64,000 bases of DNA from Octopus sinensis. Taxonomy: Eukaryota. The stretch lies in contig NC_043003.1 of the NCBI RefSeq assembly GCF_006345805.1, forward strand, positions 105,152,001 through 105,216,000, read 5' to 3'. The position numbers and the translations under genes are program-made. Positions within the stretch are counted from its first letter, which is position 1. Each line of letters begins with the position of its first letter. Of the stretch, positions 52,858 to 64,000 are shown in pieces. A model generated the notes under the pieces. The model did no database searches and was not told the origin of the DNA. It saw only the letters and a program-made list of their open reading frames with translations.

Positions 52858-55368
52858 TTATGAAATCTTGAATGGATGTATCTGATTTCCACAGTAAAAC
52901 AGTTAATATTTAGAGAAGGTTTATCATTGTAAAGTGAGCCAAAAGTTGAGAATTACATTGAGGAAAGTAATAAGTAAACTGATGCTGGCATGGCTGTGAG
53001 GTAAGACACTTACTTCTCAGCCACATGGTTCTGGGTTCAGTCTCTCTGCATAGCACCTTGGGCAAGTGTCATTTTCTATGTGAGTGGATTTGCTAGATGG
53101 AATCTGAAAGAAGCTCATTGTCTGTGTGTGTATGTGTGTGCATCAGTGTTGATGTGTTTACATCCTGTAACTTAGCAGTTTGGCAAATGTGACCAGTAGA
53201 ACAAGTACCAGGCTTAAAAAAAAAGTTTTGGGGTGATTCATTCTTCAAAGCAGTACCCCAGTATGGCCACAGTCTAGTGGCTGAAACAAGTAAAAGATAA
53301 AAGAAATAATTATTTGAAGTTTTTTCTTAGTTTTACAGTTATAATATTCCCCCAACCTTAGTATTCCAGCAATGACATGTCATTAATTACATTTCATTAC
53401 ATATCATTAAAATTAATAAAATAAAAAAATTTTAAAAATCATAATCTTCAATAAATTAATCCATTTAATCTAAAGCCAGGGATTTTTTAAATTGATGATT
53501 TAAAAAAACATTTATTTAGTTATTGGCTGATTGATTTCTAATATGAAAATGTGTTAATTTTTGCATGATATTATGTTAACTATGATTTTAGAAAATGGAG
53601 TTTGGTTTTGGAATGACATTGGCTTTTGTCTAATCAAGCATGTTAATTTATCAATCTTTCTCTCTCAAATTATTAGTTTACAAATTAGTAGTAAAAACTC
53701 CTGGGAATTCCAGTAATATACCGTGTTCTCATATCATCTTCATTCTTATCATTTTTTTTTTTCTAATAGTTTGGTCTGGAGGAAGGAACTGTGTTCAAGG
53801 TCATCGCATTCCCCCCAAAAGACCTGCCAAATAGGCATTGCTTACTGAATCCTCAGTTTGCCTAGTTATTATTATTAGTTTTTAATTTTTTGTCTTTAGA
53901 TCACCAACTCTCATTAAAATATACGATCTGGCTTTCTGGAAATTTTATTGCTTTTAAATTGAATTGCGAAACATTTGATGAAGCTATTGAATGGATAAAT
54001 TCTGCTAATGCAACATTTATTGCTTCTAGACTGTTTTAAGATTGTGGTTTGTTAATCATTCGATTTTTTTGTGTGATTTTTCTCAAAATATACTTTGTGA
54101 TAAAACAGTAAATTTAAATTTATGGAACACAAATCTTAATCTTGGAATGTTACCATTTTTTTTTCTTTTGCTATAGAATTAAAACCAATATCTTCAGCTG
54201 TTTAGTGTTAGAGTTGTGAGGTTTGATTGAAACTGACGTTTCTGACTTTGATTGAATATTAATCATTGAAGAATTAGATCAGAGGGGACAGAGATCAATA
54301 GATTGGGAGAATTGATAGAGTAACTGACAAATATTATATAGTGTTTAGTTAGTTGTGTCCCACTACATTCAGAGTTCAAATCCTGCCAAGGTCAACTTTG
54401 CCTTTCATCCTTTTTCAGTTTGATAAAATAAAAGTTCCAATCTAGTACTGGGGTCAACATAATCAAGCACCCCCCCCCTTCCGAAATAATTGGGCCTAAT
54501 GCCTACATGAGAAACTGTGAGGATGACATTTCTTTTTACTCTTTACGTTCTGAGGTCAAATATGCCTTTTATCCTCCTGGGGTTGATAAAATAAAGTACT
54601 GGGGTCGATGCAATCAACAAACCCCCTTCCTCCTGCTCCTCCTAAAATTGCTGGACTTTTGCCAAAATTTGAAACAATTATGATTATTAAAGATGATTTC
54701 AAATCCCATCGAGGTTAACATTGCCATTTATCCTTTTGGAATCAATAAAATATATTACCAATCATGTTCTGGAATCGATACAATCGACTAAATGCTGCCC
54801 TCAAAATTTCAAGCCTTGTGCCCTTAACTAGAAACAGTATCGTGATCCAAGATAAAGTTTTATATCAAGTTTGTTGAAATTGTCTCCCTTAGATTGTATA
54901 TCGTCTGAACTGTTCTCCCCCCTTCCTCCCTTAAATCAGTGATTGTAAAAATGTTGTTTCTCCTTGTTTCGTTTAGTTATTGTTTTTTTTTTTGTTCTTG
55001 TTTAAATGTAAATAATATTGACTTCTTAGTTTGTTGTAAACAATACAAGTGAACTGATAATTACCAATTGTTTGTTTACAGTGTTCCTGTATTATTAACA
55101 GCATCATTATAATTGTTATTGGTTAATGCATTCTATGTTTCCTAAACAGTATATTCCACTAAAATTGTTTGTTTTTCCCTTTCTAAATTTTCCTTGTTGT
55201 TGTTGTTTATGATGATGATGATGATGGTAATGATGTTAGTTATTTATTTCTGCTTCTGCAGTGTTTGTTCCCTAACTTCAACTTCCAGAAATCTTATACT
55301 AAAATACAGATCTCATGAGAAAAGTTGATATGTATTAAGCGTTGCCTTTATTGAATTCTGGCATTGCA

Positions 55369-55409
<41 letters not shown>

Positions 55410-55591
55410 ATATGTATGAATTTTTAAAAATTTGCAAAACAAGATGGAAAGAACAGGTGTTGATCACTAATCACAACAACTGTTTCTGTGCATTGGTAGC
55501 AGCAGTTAGTTGCTGAGCTTTCCATATCATACTACTAAATAAACGTTTCTGTAAAAAATATGATTCAGCAGCTGTGTACCAGCACATCATC

Positions 55592-55640
<49 letters not shown>

Positions 55641-56489
55641 CAGGGTGCAATGGGTAAACTGTCGCCATTTTATATTTTTACTTGTGTGTGTGCATTGTTT
55701 GTTTTTGATTTTGTCAACTACTACAGTATAGTAGGGTCAGCTGGGCACCATCTGTGAGAAAAACACCACCATGCTAGAAATTTGGAAACAACATGCTGTG
55801 CTGCTTGGCATTTGCACTGGAAGCTACAATACGAACATTTCTAAGTGTTTGGGTGTCAATGTGAGGACAGTGCAGTTTGAGCACATGTACCAAGAGTGAT
55901 GAAAATCAAACATCCAGTCAGCCTCATGGTGTTTGGAGTGATCACTAGTGATGACAATGTTATGCCTCCATTCATTTCTCCACATGGCCTCCGACTCAAC
56001 ACAGATACCTACATCAAGTGTCTGGAGGAGGTAGTGCTGCCCTGGGTCAAGAGGATGGCTGCTGGAAGACCCTATGTCTGGCAACAGGACTCTGCACCAT
56101 GCCACACAAGTAGGAGAACCCAGTCATGGCTGTCAGACAATTTCTGCGACCATAAACTCCCCAGACTGCAATCTCCTTGATTATTATGTGTAGGGTGCAG
56201 TTGAGTGAGAGACCAACAAAACTCCTTGTAACACCAAAGATGAACTGAAGGCAAGGATAATGTCAGTGTTCACCAAATTAAACAAAGAGACTGTCCAGAA
56301 GAGTTGCAGGAGATTCTAAAGTCGTCTGGAGGCCATGGTTGAAGCCAATGGCGAATTATTGAATAAATTTATTCTTTAGTATTTCAAGATATTTTTATGT
56401 AATTCTGGTTAATGTATCTGTTAAAATGAGATGTCAGTGTTATTTTCATTTTTGCATAATTTAGACGACAGTTTATTCACCGAACCCTG
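55641..56489 (+). mobile_element. Internally deleted Tc1/mariner transposon, resembling the DD37D (maT) group
   Basis: TIRs CAGGGTGCAATGGGTAAACTGTCG / CGACAGTTTATTCACCGAACCCTG with TA flanks. Transposase remnant with YVWQQDSAPCHTS and a decayed NSPDCNPLDYYVWG motif; frameshifts and stops. D-D spacing cannot be counted because of a deletion. Confidence 0.9.
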
Positions 56490-57055
56490 TATATATTAAT
56501 GCATATATGTATGTGTATATAGATTACATTTGTTATTGAATTGATATAATAATTGTTACTTTTTTTTTATTTTAAGAATTCTATTTAAATTAATCATTTT
56601 TGCAATGTTTTAATAATTGATAAAATCCAGGTTGTAAAAAAATATATTATGAAACAGAAAAGCATAAATATATATAATGAAATTTGGAAGTTTCTTTGTT
56701 TTTACCTGAGGCTGTCCAACCCATGCCAGCATGGAAAGTGGATGTTAAACAATGATGATGAAAGTTTCTGATGTATTAAATGAACTATTTTAGATGATGG
56801 CTATGAATCATTTAACATTATAAAAATCCCTCCACATTTAGAGGACAAATATATTTGTAATTTCTATAACTAAAAAAAAAATGTTTAAGTTAGTGTTAAA
56901 CAGAAAACTATCATAATTTAGTGGAGTTTTTTCCCCCGAGATCTTATTTTCAATGATTTCTAAGTATGTTAACTAACAAAGCCTAATTCCTTGTTCTGAC
57001 TTGTAACTAATTACATTTAAACGTTTATATATTAAAATAGCCATCTATTTATCAA

Positions 57056-57351
57056 ACTTGATGTATGTACACCATTAATAGGCCAGTTACTACAGTATTT
57101 GCCTGGGATAACATCTCTTATAGATGTGTTATGTTAAAAATGCAATAAATATTGGAGGGGTTAATAAAGACCAGCAAAAATGTCAGATGTATTTGGGGTT
57201 TTTTTGAAGGGGGATGCTTTTTCAAAGATGTACTCACCAGCAACCACATGTTACAATATTTATTATTTTTAACACAACACATCAATACAAGAGGATATCT
57301 CAGGATAACTACTACAGTAACTGGCCTATCGAAGGTGTATATACATCAAGT
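57056..57351. repeat. Long inverted repeat, about 97-bp arms and 100-nt spacer (MITE-like)
   Basis: 57056-57152 pairs with 57255-57351 (ACTTGATGTAT ... TAGGCCAGTTACT / AGTAACTGGCCTA ... ATACATCAAGT). Confidence 0.85.
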
Positions 57352-58729
57352 GCAGTACATAGATAGTTATTTTAAATCATTACTGCCTCATTTGCATCCA
57401 TCCAGATTTATATATTATTTCTACATTTTGGTAAGCTGATTAGTATTTTATTTCTATATTTTATATTTTGTTACAGAAATCGAAAATCAAAAATCAAATG
57501 ACAATGAAAAATGGAAATTGTAGTTGTGGCCGATGCCAGTGCTGCCTGACTGGCTCTCATGCTGGTGTCATGCAATAAGCACCATTCATGCGTGTTGTTG
57601 CCAGTGCCGCCTGACTGGTTCCCATGCCGGTGGCATGTAAAAAGCACCCACTACACTCTCAGAGTGGTTGGCATTAGGAAGGGCATCCAGCTGTAGAAAC
57701 TCTGCCAGATCAAGATTGGAGCCTGGTGCAGCCATCCAGGACAGTCAAATCATCCAACCCATGCTAGCATGGAAAGCAGACGTTAAACGATGATGATGAT
57801 GATGATGAATATATTCTATTCATTCATCCACTTTTCACAATTTTACACATCATTAATCATTACACAACTTTAAATGAATTAACAACAGAGCCTCTGTGTG
57901 ACTGCTCAAACCTGCTAGATACAGCAACCTAATTTCCCTCAAATCACGTCCTCTTATCTTAAAAAATGTAAGGGGACATTGAATAATCTAGTTACATTAG
58001 ACATACATGTATATCTAAATAAAAGATGAGGAGGCCAAAACTGGAAACCCTTTGATTGAAAGTCTGTTCAATCGGGGCTAAGTTAGCTAACCCTCTCATT
58101 AGAGAACTGGAAAGCTGAACCGGCTGATTTTTTTATTGTATAAAATTCAGTGCCTCAAATTTCTTAGTTCAAATGTTGAACATAGTCACACTTTGTCTTT
58201 CATCATTTTGTTAGTTAAATAAATTAACCATGACTTCAATCAAACTGCTAATGCAATGACAACCTTTACTCATTCTACAACCCAAAATACTAGAATACCC
58301 TTGGTTTATACATCAAAACATCACACCAAATCCCTTTTATTTTGACATGCTCACCCATTTTTCTTTAAAAACCAATGTCTATGCTTTGATTTATATTGCA
58401 TCTTAATCTGCTCTATTTATAACTAAACACTCATAGTTTTATACATGTTATTGATTTCTTCTCTCAAATTGATATTATTGATTGATTACACAGTTGGTCA
58501 ATACAATCACCATCCCTCATAGACAACTACTTTTATATCATTAAATCTATTTAATTTTACTTCATCTCATTGATTTATTTATTCCTTTTAAGCTTATTTT
58601 TTAAGTTAGGTCCTGAAAAAGTTGAAGTTTGTTTTGTTTATTTTTTTCACATGATTATTCATATTTGTTTTTGTTTTGTGTTTTATTTGACTTTCCTCCG
58701 TACTGTATTTCAACCGTTGCTTCTTTCAG

Positions 58730-59356
58730 TGGTAATGTGGTGGCTGTTTCACTCAGCGAAGATGAAGAGGATGAAGATGACCTTTATGACAGTGAGACTC
58801 TGAAGCCAGGCATGAGCCAGCAGTATTGTTTTAGCACTGCGTCTGCTTCTATGACCCTACCTGTTAAACATTCTAGCCAAACTTCTTTAAATAATGGTTG
58901 TGACACTAATTTACTAAAAAACGAACATTCCCTGTTACCAATGAATAATGGAGGTCCCCCCTCTTCATTGTCTCGGACAACAATCCCTTCCCCAAATAAT
59001 CATTCTGAAACATCATCAACTCTAAATCATTCACCAATTGGCCATAGAACTTTAACATCACCAGACACACACAACGCAATATCTTCATCAAAGAAAAACA
59101 ATTCATTATCATTTCCAATACGGAAAAGCTATAGTTTTTCACCAAATGGACATCGTTCAATATATTCTAACCCAGCTTTTCAAACATTGCCTGTACCGGC
59201 GGATTTCGGCTATCATTCATCACAAGATGCATTTGGAACTTTAACATCTTCCGTGAGTGTAGGAACACTCACTTCACCCATCAGTTATGCAAATTTATCC
59301 AAAATATTTGAAAATTCCCCAACTCATTCATTAAAGCAAACAGATGACACTTGCAG
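58730..59356 (+). CDS. 627-nt symmetric phase-2 coding exon; acidic patch (SEDEEDEDDLYDSE) then S/T/N/P-rich, probably disordered region; probably the same gene as the LIM exons
   Basis: Within the longest non-microsatellite ORF (58629-59429); acceptor gttgcttctttcag|, donor ag|gttagt; phase fits the donor at 30718. Linkage to the LIM exons is inference. Confidence 0.75.
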
Positions 59357-59596
59357 GTTAGTTGCTTTCAATTTACTTCAATTTTTCATGTTTTCACAGT
59401 TGATTCATCTTCTAATTGAAGCTGGTTAAAAAGACAGAGAATTTTAAAGAGGTACATTTAATACATCTTGTTCAAATCCAGCATATTTGTAATCTTTAGT
59501 GACCCTTGGAGTCATTAAACCAATTTGCACCCAGTATTGACAGTTTTTTTTTTTGTTCTTTATGAAAATTAGTCAATATATATACATTGATTACAT

Positions 59597-59940
59597 GTAG
59601 CTTGCTAACGAACCATATGGTCCGAGTTCAGTCCCACTGCGTGGCACCTTGGGCAAGTGTCTTCTACTATAGCCTCAAGCTGACCAAAGCCTTGTGAGTG
59701 GATTTGGTAGACGGAAACTGAAAGAAGCTCATCGTATATATATGTGTGTGTATATATATATATATTTGTATGTGTTTGTGTGTCTGTGTTTGTCCCCTTG
59801 ACAACTGATACTGGTGTGTTTATGTCCCCCGTAACTTAGCAGTTCGGCAAAAGAGACCGATGTAATTAATACCAGGCTTACAAAGAATAAGTTCTGGGTT
59901 GATTTTGGTCGACTGAAACAATTAAAAGAGTAAAAGAGAT
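59597..59940 (+). mobile_element. SINE family A copy
   Basis: Collinear similarity to 18565-18960. Confidence 0.85.
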
Positions 59941-60095
59941 AATTTAGGAAACAAAAATAACAGTTTATTGTTTAAAGATATGATTAAGATGAACTGAAAG
60001 AAGACTTTCTTCTTTTATTAAATGAAGTAAATTAAAAGGAAAAAGATTGTATTACAATTTAAAATATTTTATAGACAATATTTTTATTATGTTAA

Positions 60096-60330
60096 GGTGG
60101 CTAGCTGGCAGAAATATTAGCATGTCGGGTGAAATGCTTAGCGGTATTTTGTCTGCTGTTATGTTCTGAGTTCGAATTCTGCTGAAGTCAACTTTGCCTT
60201 TCATCCTTTCATGGTCGGTTAAATAACTACCAGTTATTCACTGGGGTTGATGTAATCAACTTAACCCCTTTGTCTGTCCTTCTTTGTTCCCTGTATGTTT
60301 ATCCTCCTGTGGGCAATAAAGAAATGAATA
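60096..60330 (+). mobile_element. SINE family B copy
   Basis: Collinear similarity to 63317-63530. Confidence 0.8.
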
Positions 60331-60960
60331 TTTTTATTGTTATACTAAAAAACAAAACAAAAAATTGTGAAGGTACATGGATCAGTGGTTAGGATGTTGC
60401 ACTCATGGAAGCTAGATTGTGAGTTCAATTCCTGGAGCAGGTGTCATGTCGTGTTCTTGAGCAAAACACATCATTTCACGTTTCTCTGCAGGTGGGAGAG
60501 TGGTAGAATTGTTGGCACATTGGCAGGGATGCTTTATTGCATATCTTCTGGCTCCCTACATTCTGAGTTCAAATCTCACCTGCCTGGAGATGGCAATGGG
60601 AAACCACTCTAATATTCATTCCAAGCCTAGTCATGGTTGCCAAAGTTCTAGTAATCTACTCAATGGTAGCAGAGGAGGATGGTATGTGTTGGAGAGGGTT
60701 CACAGGCATAGAACCTACCCAAGGGCAGATCACTACTAGACTGGACTATAAAGTGATCTAATTATAGATTTTCTTAAGGAAGAACTAACATTTCAGGTAA
60801 AAATTAGTTATGTTGTTAAAATCTGGTATCTATTGATAAGATGGTACTTTATAGTTATATAGCAATATTTGGTATTTCATTAAGAGTTTAGTTCCCTGTT
60901 TGTAAGACAGTTGGAATTTATTCATATTTATAAATTTCAGTATTCATATCTTTGTATTTA

Positions 60961-61723
60961 TCCACTACAAATGTGGGAAATTCTGTGTGTGGGTGTGCTT
61001 GTGGAGTTGTTAGCTAACTCCTCCTACATCGTTTTATCAATTTTGATGAAACTTGACATGTGAGTAGAACTTTTGTCTGGAAACCTTGTGGCATACTCAG
61101 ATTGTTGAAAAAAATCGATAATAGGGCCCCTGGATGGGATCCTTATATATATCTAATATATTTCATTTTAACAGCCAAGGGAAATAACCCAATCGCCTAG
61201 ATTTTAACAACCAAGAGATATAACTCATTCATTTTCCTAAATTATTTGGTATAAATCAAATTGAGTATACTTATTTTTTAGTATGTGAAGTGTTAGAGGT
61301 ATTTTCTCAATTTATCCAGTACAACCCTTAAACAAGTAAATAGTATACTCCTAAACAATAGTTCCACTTATTTCGGTTAGTGATTTATTCGCGAATATAC
61401 CAACACTAGCACCACTGAGGGTAATATTCTCCAGGAATGCACAAAAGCCCTTTTGGAGGCTACTTTATTTGAATTCTTACTATCAGGTAACTAATTTCAT
61501 GTTATTACATAAGTGACTTCATTATTTGAGTATTCATAACTTATTGGAAATTCCTAGAAACAAGATCCTGTGTAAAACAGTTCGGTATTCTTTGTAAATG
61601 CACAAAAACCGTTTTAAAGACTACATATTTTGTATTGTTGTAATTGGATTAGCAAACCAACTATGAGAATGGAACCAAAGGATAATCTCCACTCTCCCGG
61701 GAATTACCAGGTACATCAGCTAG
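60961..61723 (+). mobile_element. Non-autonomous Helitron-like element (763 bp)
   Basis: A|TCCACTACAAATGTGGG ... CTAACTCCTCC ... ATTTTGATGAAACTTGACATG at the 5' end; CCCGGG-aatta-CCAGG-tacatcag-CTAG|T at the 3' end. Confidence 0.7.
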
Positions 61724-61826
61724 TATGCAAATATGTATTTTGTAATACAGTTATATATTTAAGAGATGAGGAATTATTTACATTATTTACATTTGACAGA
61801 TATTTGTCCTCATCTTGTTTGTTGTT

Positions 61827-61872
61827 AACACAATGTTTTGGCTGATATGCCCTCCAGCCTTCATCAGGTGTC
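61827..61872 (-). ncRNA. Degenerate minimal type I hammerhead ribozyme in the Penelope pLTR (left copy)
   Basis: Minus strand GACAC-CTGATGA-A-GGCTG(gagggcatat)CAGCC-AAAA-C-ATT-GTGTT. Helices I and II are intact; two CpG G>A changes disrupt GAAA and GUH. Confidence 0.7.
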
Positions 61873-62443
61873 TTGGGGAAATTTCGAACCTGGGTCCTCA
61901 TTCCTAAGGTATTTTTCAATATTATTATTATTATCATTATTCAGGTCACTGCTTGGAATCAAACTCGGAATCTTGGGGTTAGTAGCTCATGCTCTTAACC
62001 ATAGGCAATTGTGGAGTGAATTTTAGGGATAATAAATCTGATATTCTCCTATCCTTCCTTAATACTGGTTCCCATATGCTATTCATATCTGCACTCACTC
62101 TGCTTAGGAGGTTGTTGTGTCCTAGCATATGTGCTGCTTCTTTTAGTTTTCGTATTTTCCAGTGGTGTTCTCTGTCTATTATTTTAACTTCATCCCACAG
62201 GGGGAGGTGTCCATTTTTCCATATATGATCAGCTATACCTGATTTATCAATAACTCCTCGTGTCACAGTCTTGCGATGTTCATCTACCCTTATTTTACCC
62301 TTATTTTATAAGCCCTAAAATTCACTCCATAATTGCCCATGGGCATATGGCATATTTGTTAAGAGTGCGGGCTACTAACCCCAAGATTCTGAGTTCGATT
62401 CCAAGCAGTAACAACAACAACAGCAGGTTCAAAATTTCCCCAA

Positions 62444-62484
62444 GACATCTGATGAAGGCTGGAGGGTATATCAGCTGAAATGTT
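62444..62484 (+). ncRNA. Degenerate hammerhead ribozyme in the Penelope pLTR (right copy)
   Basis: GACAT-CTGATGA-A-GGCTG(gagggtatat)CAGCT-GAAA-T-GTT. The same two CpGs are mutated C>T and the helix I 3' strand is deleted. Confidence 0.65.
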
Positions 62485-63316
62485 AACAAACAAACAAGAG
62501 GACTAATATCCGTCAAATGTAAATAATGTAAATATGTATTTCTTTATGTTTCTGTCCTTGTTCTACAGACAGCCAAGACAATACGATATTAACAGTCAAT
62601 GAAATTCCTAGATTAATTTTATTTTTATTTTCTATACATCTAAGAAAGTGGACATTTTGCTCTCAAAGCATGCAAAATTGTTTAGAGACTTAAAGTTTAA
62701 CTTCACTTGATCTCCAGTTAATATATCATTTCATGATGTTAGCTATAATCAAGGGCTAAATTCTTCACTCCTCTGTTTAATTTAATATTAATGTTTTATA
62801 TTTTGTGTGTGAGCTCAGACAACTACAATTTTATCATAATGTTCATAAAATTTCCTCTACATATGACATATTTCTCATAGGGCATGTTATTTAAAGTGAG
62901 TTCCTACCATATTTTTAGCTTGATGTTAGCTGTGGCCATGTATGTCAACTATCCCATCTATCCAGCCTCTAAAATAAACTGATTTTTATCATCACCGTCA
63001 TCATTTTAAGATACATTTCTTTTTATCTTGTTCACACGGCTGGACAGGTCTGTCATTTATTGGATGACGCATTACCAGTTTTGAATAATATTTCAGTTCA
63101 ATGAGTTGGAGATGTGTGTAGATAAAAAATTTCATGGGAAGAAACACGAAACTACGTCTTATGTAAAATTTGGACAATGAGATTGCATAAAAGACAAAGA
63201 TTATAACGACATCAGAAAATAAGTGAATTGCGAAGCAGTGGATAGAATGATAGGACAAATTTTAATTATCTCTATTTTTATCTGATAGCATCTATGACAA
63301 TATATTCCAAGCTAAA

Positions 63317-63530
63317 CGGTGGCAAGCTGGTAGGAATGTTAGCAGGCCAGGCGAAATGCTTAGTGGTATTTCGTCAATCTTTACATTCTGAGTTCAAATT
63401 CCCTGAGGTCAACTTCCCCTTCCATCCGTTTGGGGTTGATAAATCAAGTACCACTTGCGTACTGGGGTTGATCTAATCGAATGGCCCCCTTCTCCAAAGT
63501 TTCAGGCCTTGTGCCTAGAGTAGAAAAGAG
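63317..63530 (+). mobile_element. SINE family B copy with perfect 16-bp TSD
   Basis: TATATTCCAAGCTAAA at 63301-63316 and 63531-63546. Confidence 0.9.
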
Positions 63531-64000
63531 TATATTCCAAGCTAAATTTCAATTTAGTGTGATTTTAATTCACCTCAAAGACATAATTTTTTTTTTTTAA
63601 TGTCCGAAACTTTATTTTTTCCCCTTCATGCTCTTCATCAAAGGAAGATACAGTGAAATCAAAGTTATTTCTTCATCAATGTAATATTTTATTGAAACAA
63701 AATATTACAAAATAGTATTTACAAGCAACGCTGTATAAAGGAATTTGCTTTGCAACTGAGGTTTACAATTTGATCTCACTGCGAGGCACCTTGAACAAAA
63801 TACCTCAAACTGATATCTTGATAAAATTAAATTTGGGGGCAGAAACTGTAAAGAAGCCTGTTGTGTGTGTGTGTTGGACGGTGTGTGCGCGTACATCTAA
63901 ACACCTGGTATTTTTATTCGTAAAGGGACATAACTCTGTAGGTGAACCTAGTAATTTGAATATGCAGAGATAAAAATGAGGATTGGATTAAGTAGTGGTG

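Larger units (their letters stand above)
61741..62533 (-). mobile_element. Penelope-like retroelement relic: GIY-YIG endonuclease C-terminal part with inverted terminal repeats (pLTRs)
   Basis: Minus ORF RVDEHRKTVTRGVIDKSGIADHIWKNGHLPLWDEVKIIDREHHWKIRKLKEAAHM fits the PLE GIY-YIG C-terminus. About 61770-62030 and 62313-62533 are inverted copies. Confidence 0.85.

Noticed and set aside
53770-53862. Strong acceptor followed by short open frames (e.g. FGLEEGTVFKVIAFPPKD...)
   Set aside because: No convincing donor, phase chain or homology; it cannot be placed. A cheap RNA-seq check is still possible.
57477-57521. Candidate exon IENQKSNDNEKWK
   Set aside because: Matches the family C repeat consensus (compare 24960-24990 reversed); weak donor.
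63097-63162. Possible RASSF conserved-region exon (FNELEMCVDKKFHGKKHE)
   Set aside because: Phase 0 does not fit the upstream phase-2 donor, and the similarity is not convincing.

Overview
AT-rich, microsatellite- and retroposon-saturated animal genomic DNA. The repeat families look like those of Octopus (coleoid cephalopod); this is inferred from recall, not a database search. The window is almost all intron of one + strand gene. Two clear coding exons (20251-20345, 30558-30718) encode most of a CRIP-type LIM domain whose residues best match the N-terminal LIM of invertebrate RASSF2/4-type proteins (dRASSF-like). A phase-compatible 627-nt low-complexity exon lies at 58730-59356. The first coding exon and any RA/SARAH exons were not found. 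The introns hold several tRNA-derived SINE families, RTE, CR1 and L1/Tx1 LINE 3' ends, a Penelope-like element, a Tc1/mariner relic, pogo/hAT/piggyBac-type MITEs and two Helitron-like elements. Most notable: (i) Penelope inverted terminal repeats carrying a tRNA-like Pol III head and a minimal hammerhead ribozyme that can be rebuilt from two complementarily mutated copies; (ii) recurrent near-loopless fold-back palindromes in (TA)n tracts, one triplicated; (iii) many inverted repeats that could give ADAR substrates in this pre-mRNA. Nearly all ORFs in the supplied track are microsatellite or repeat artefacts.
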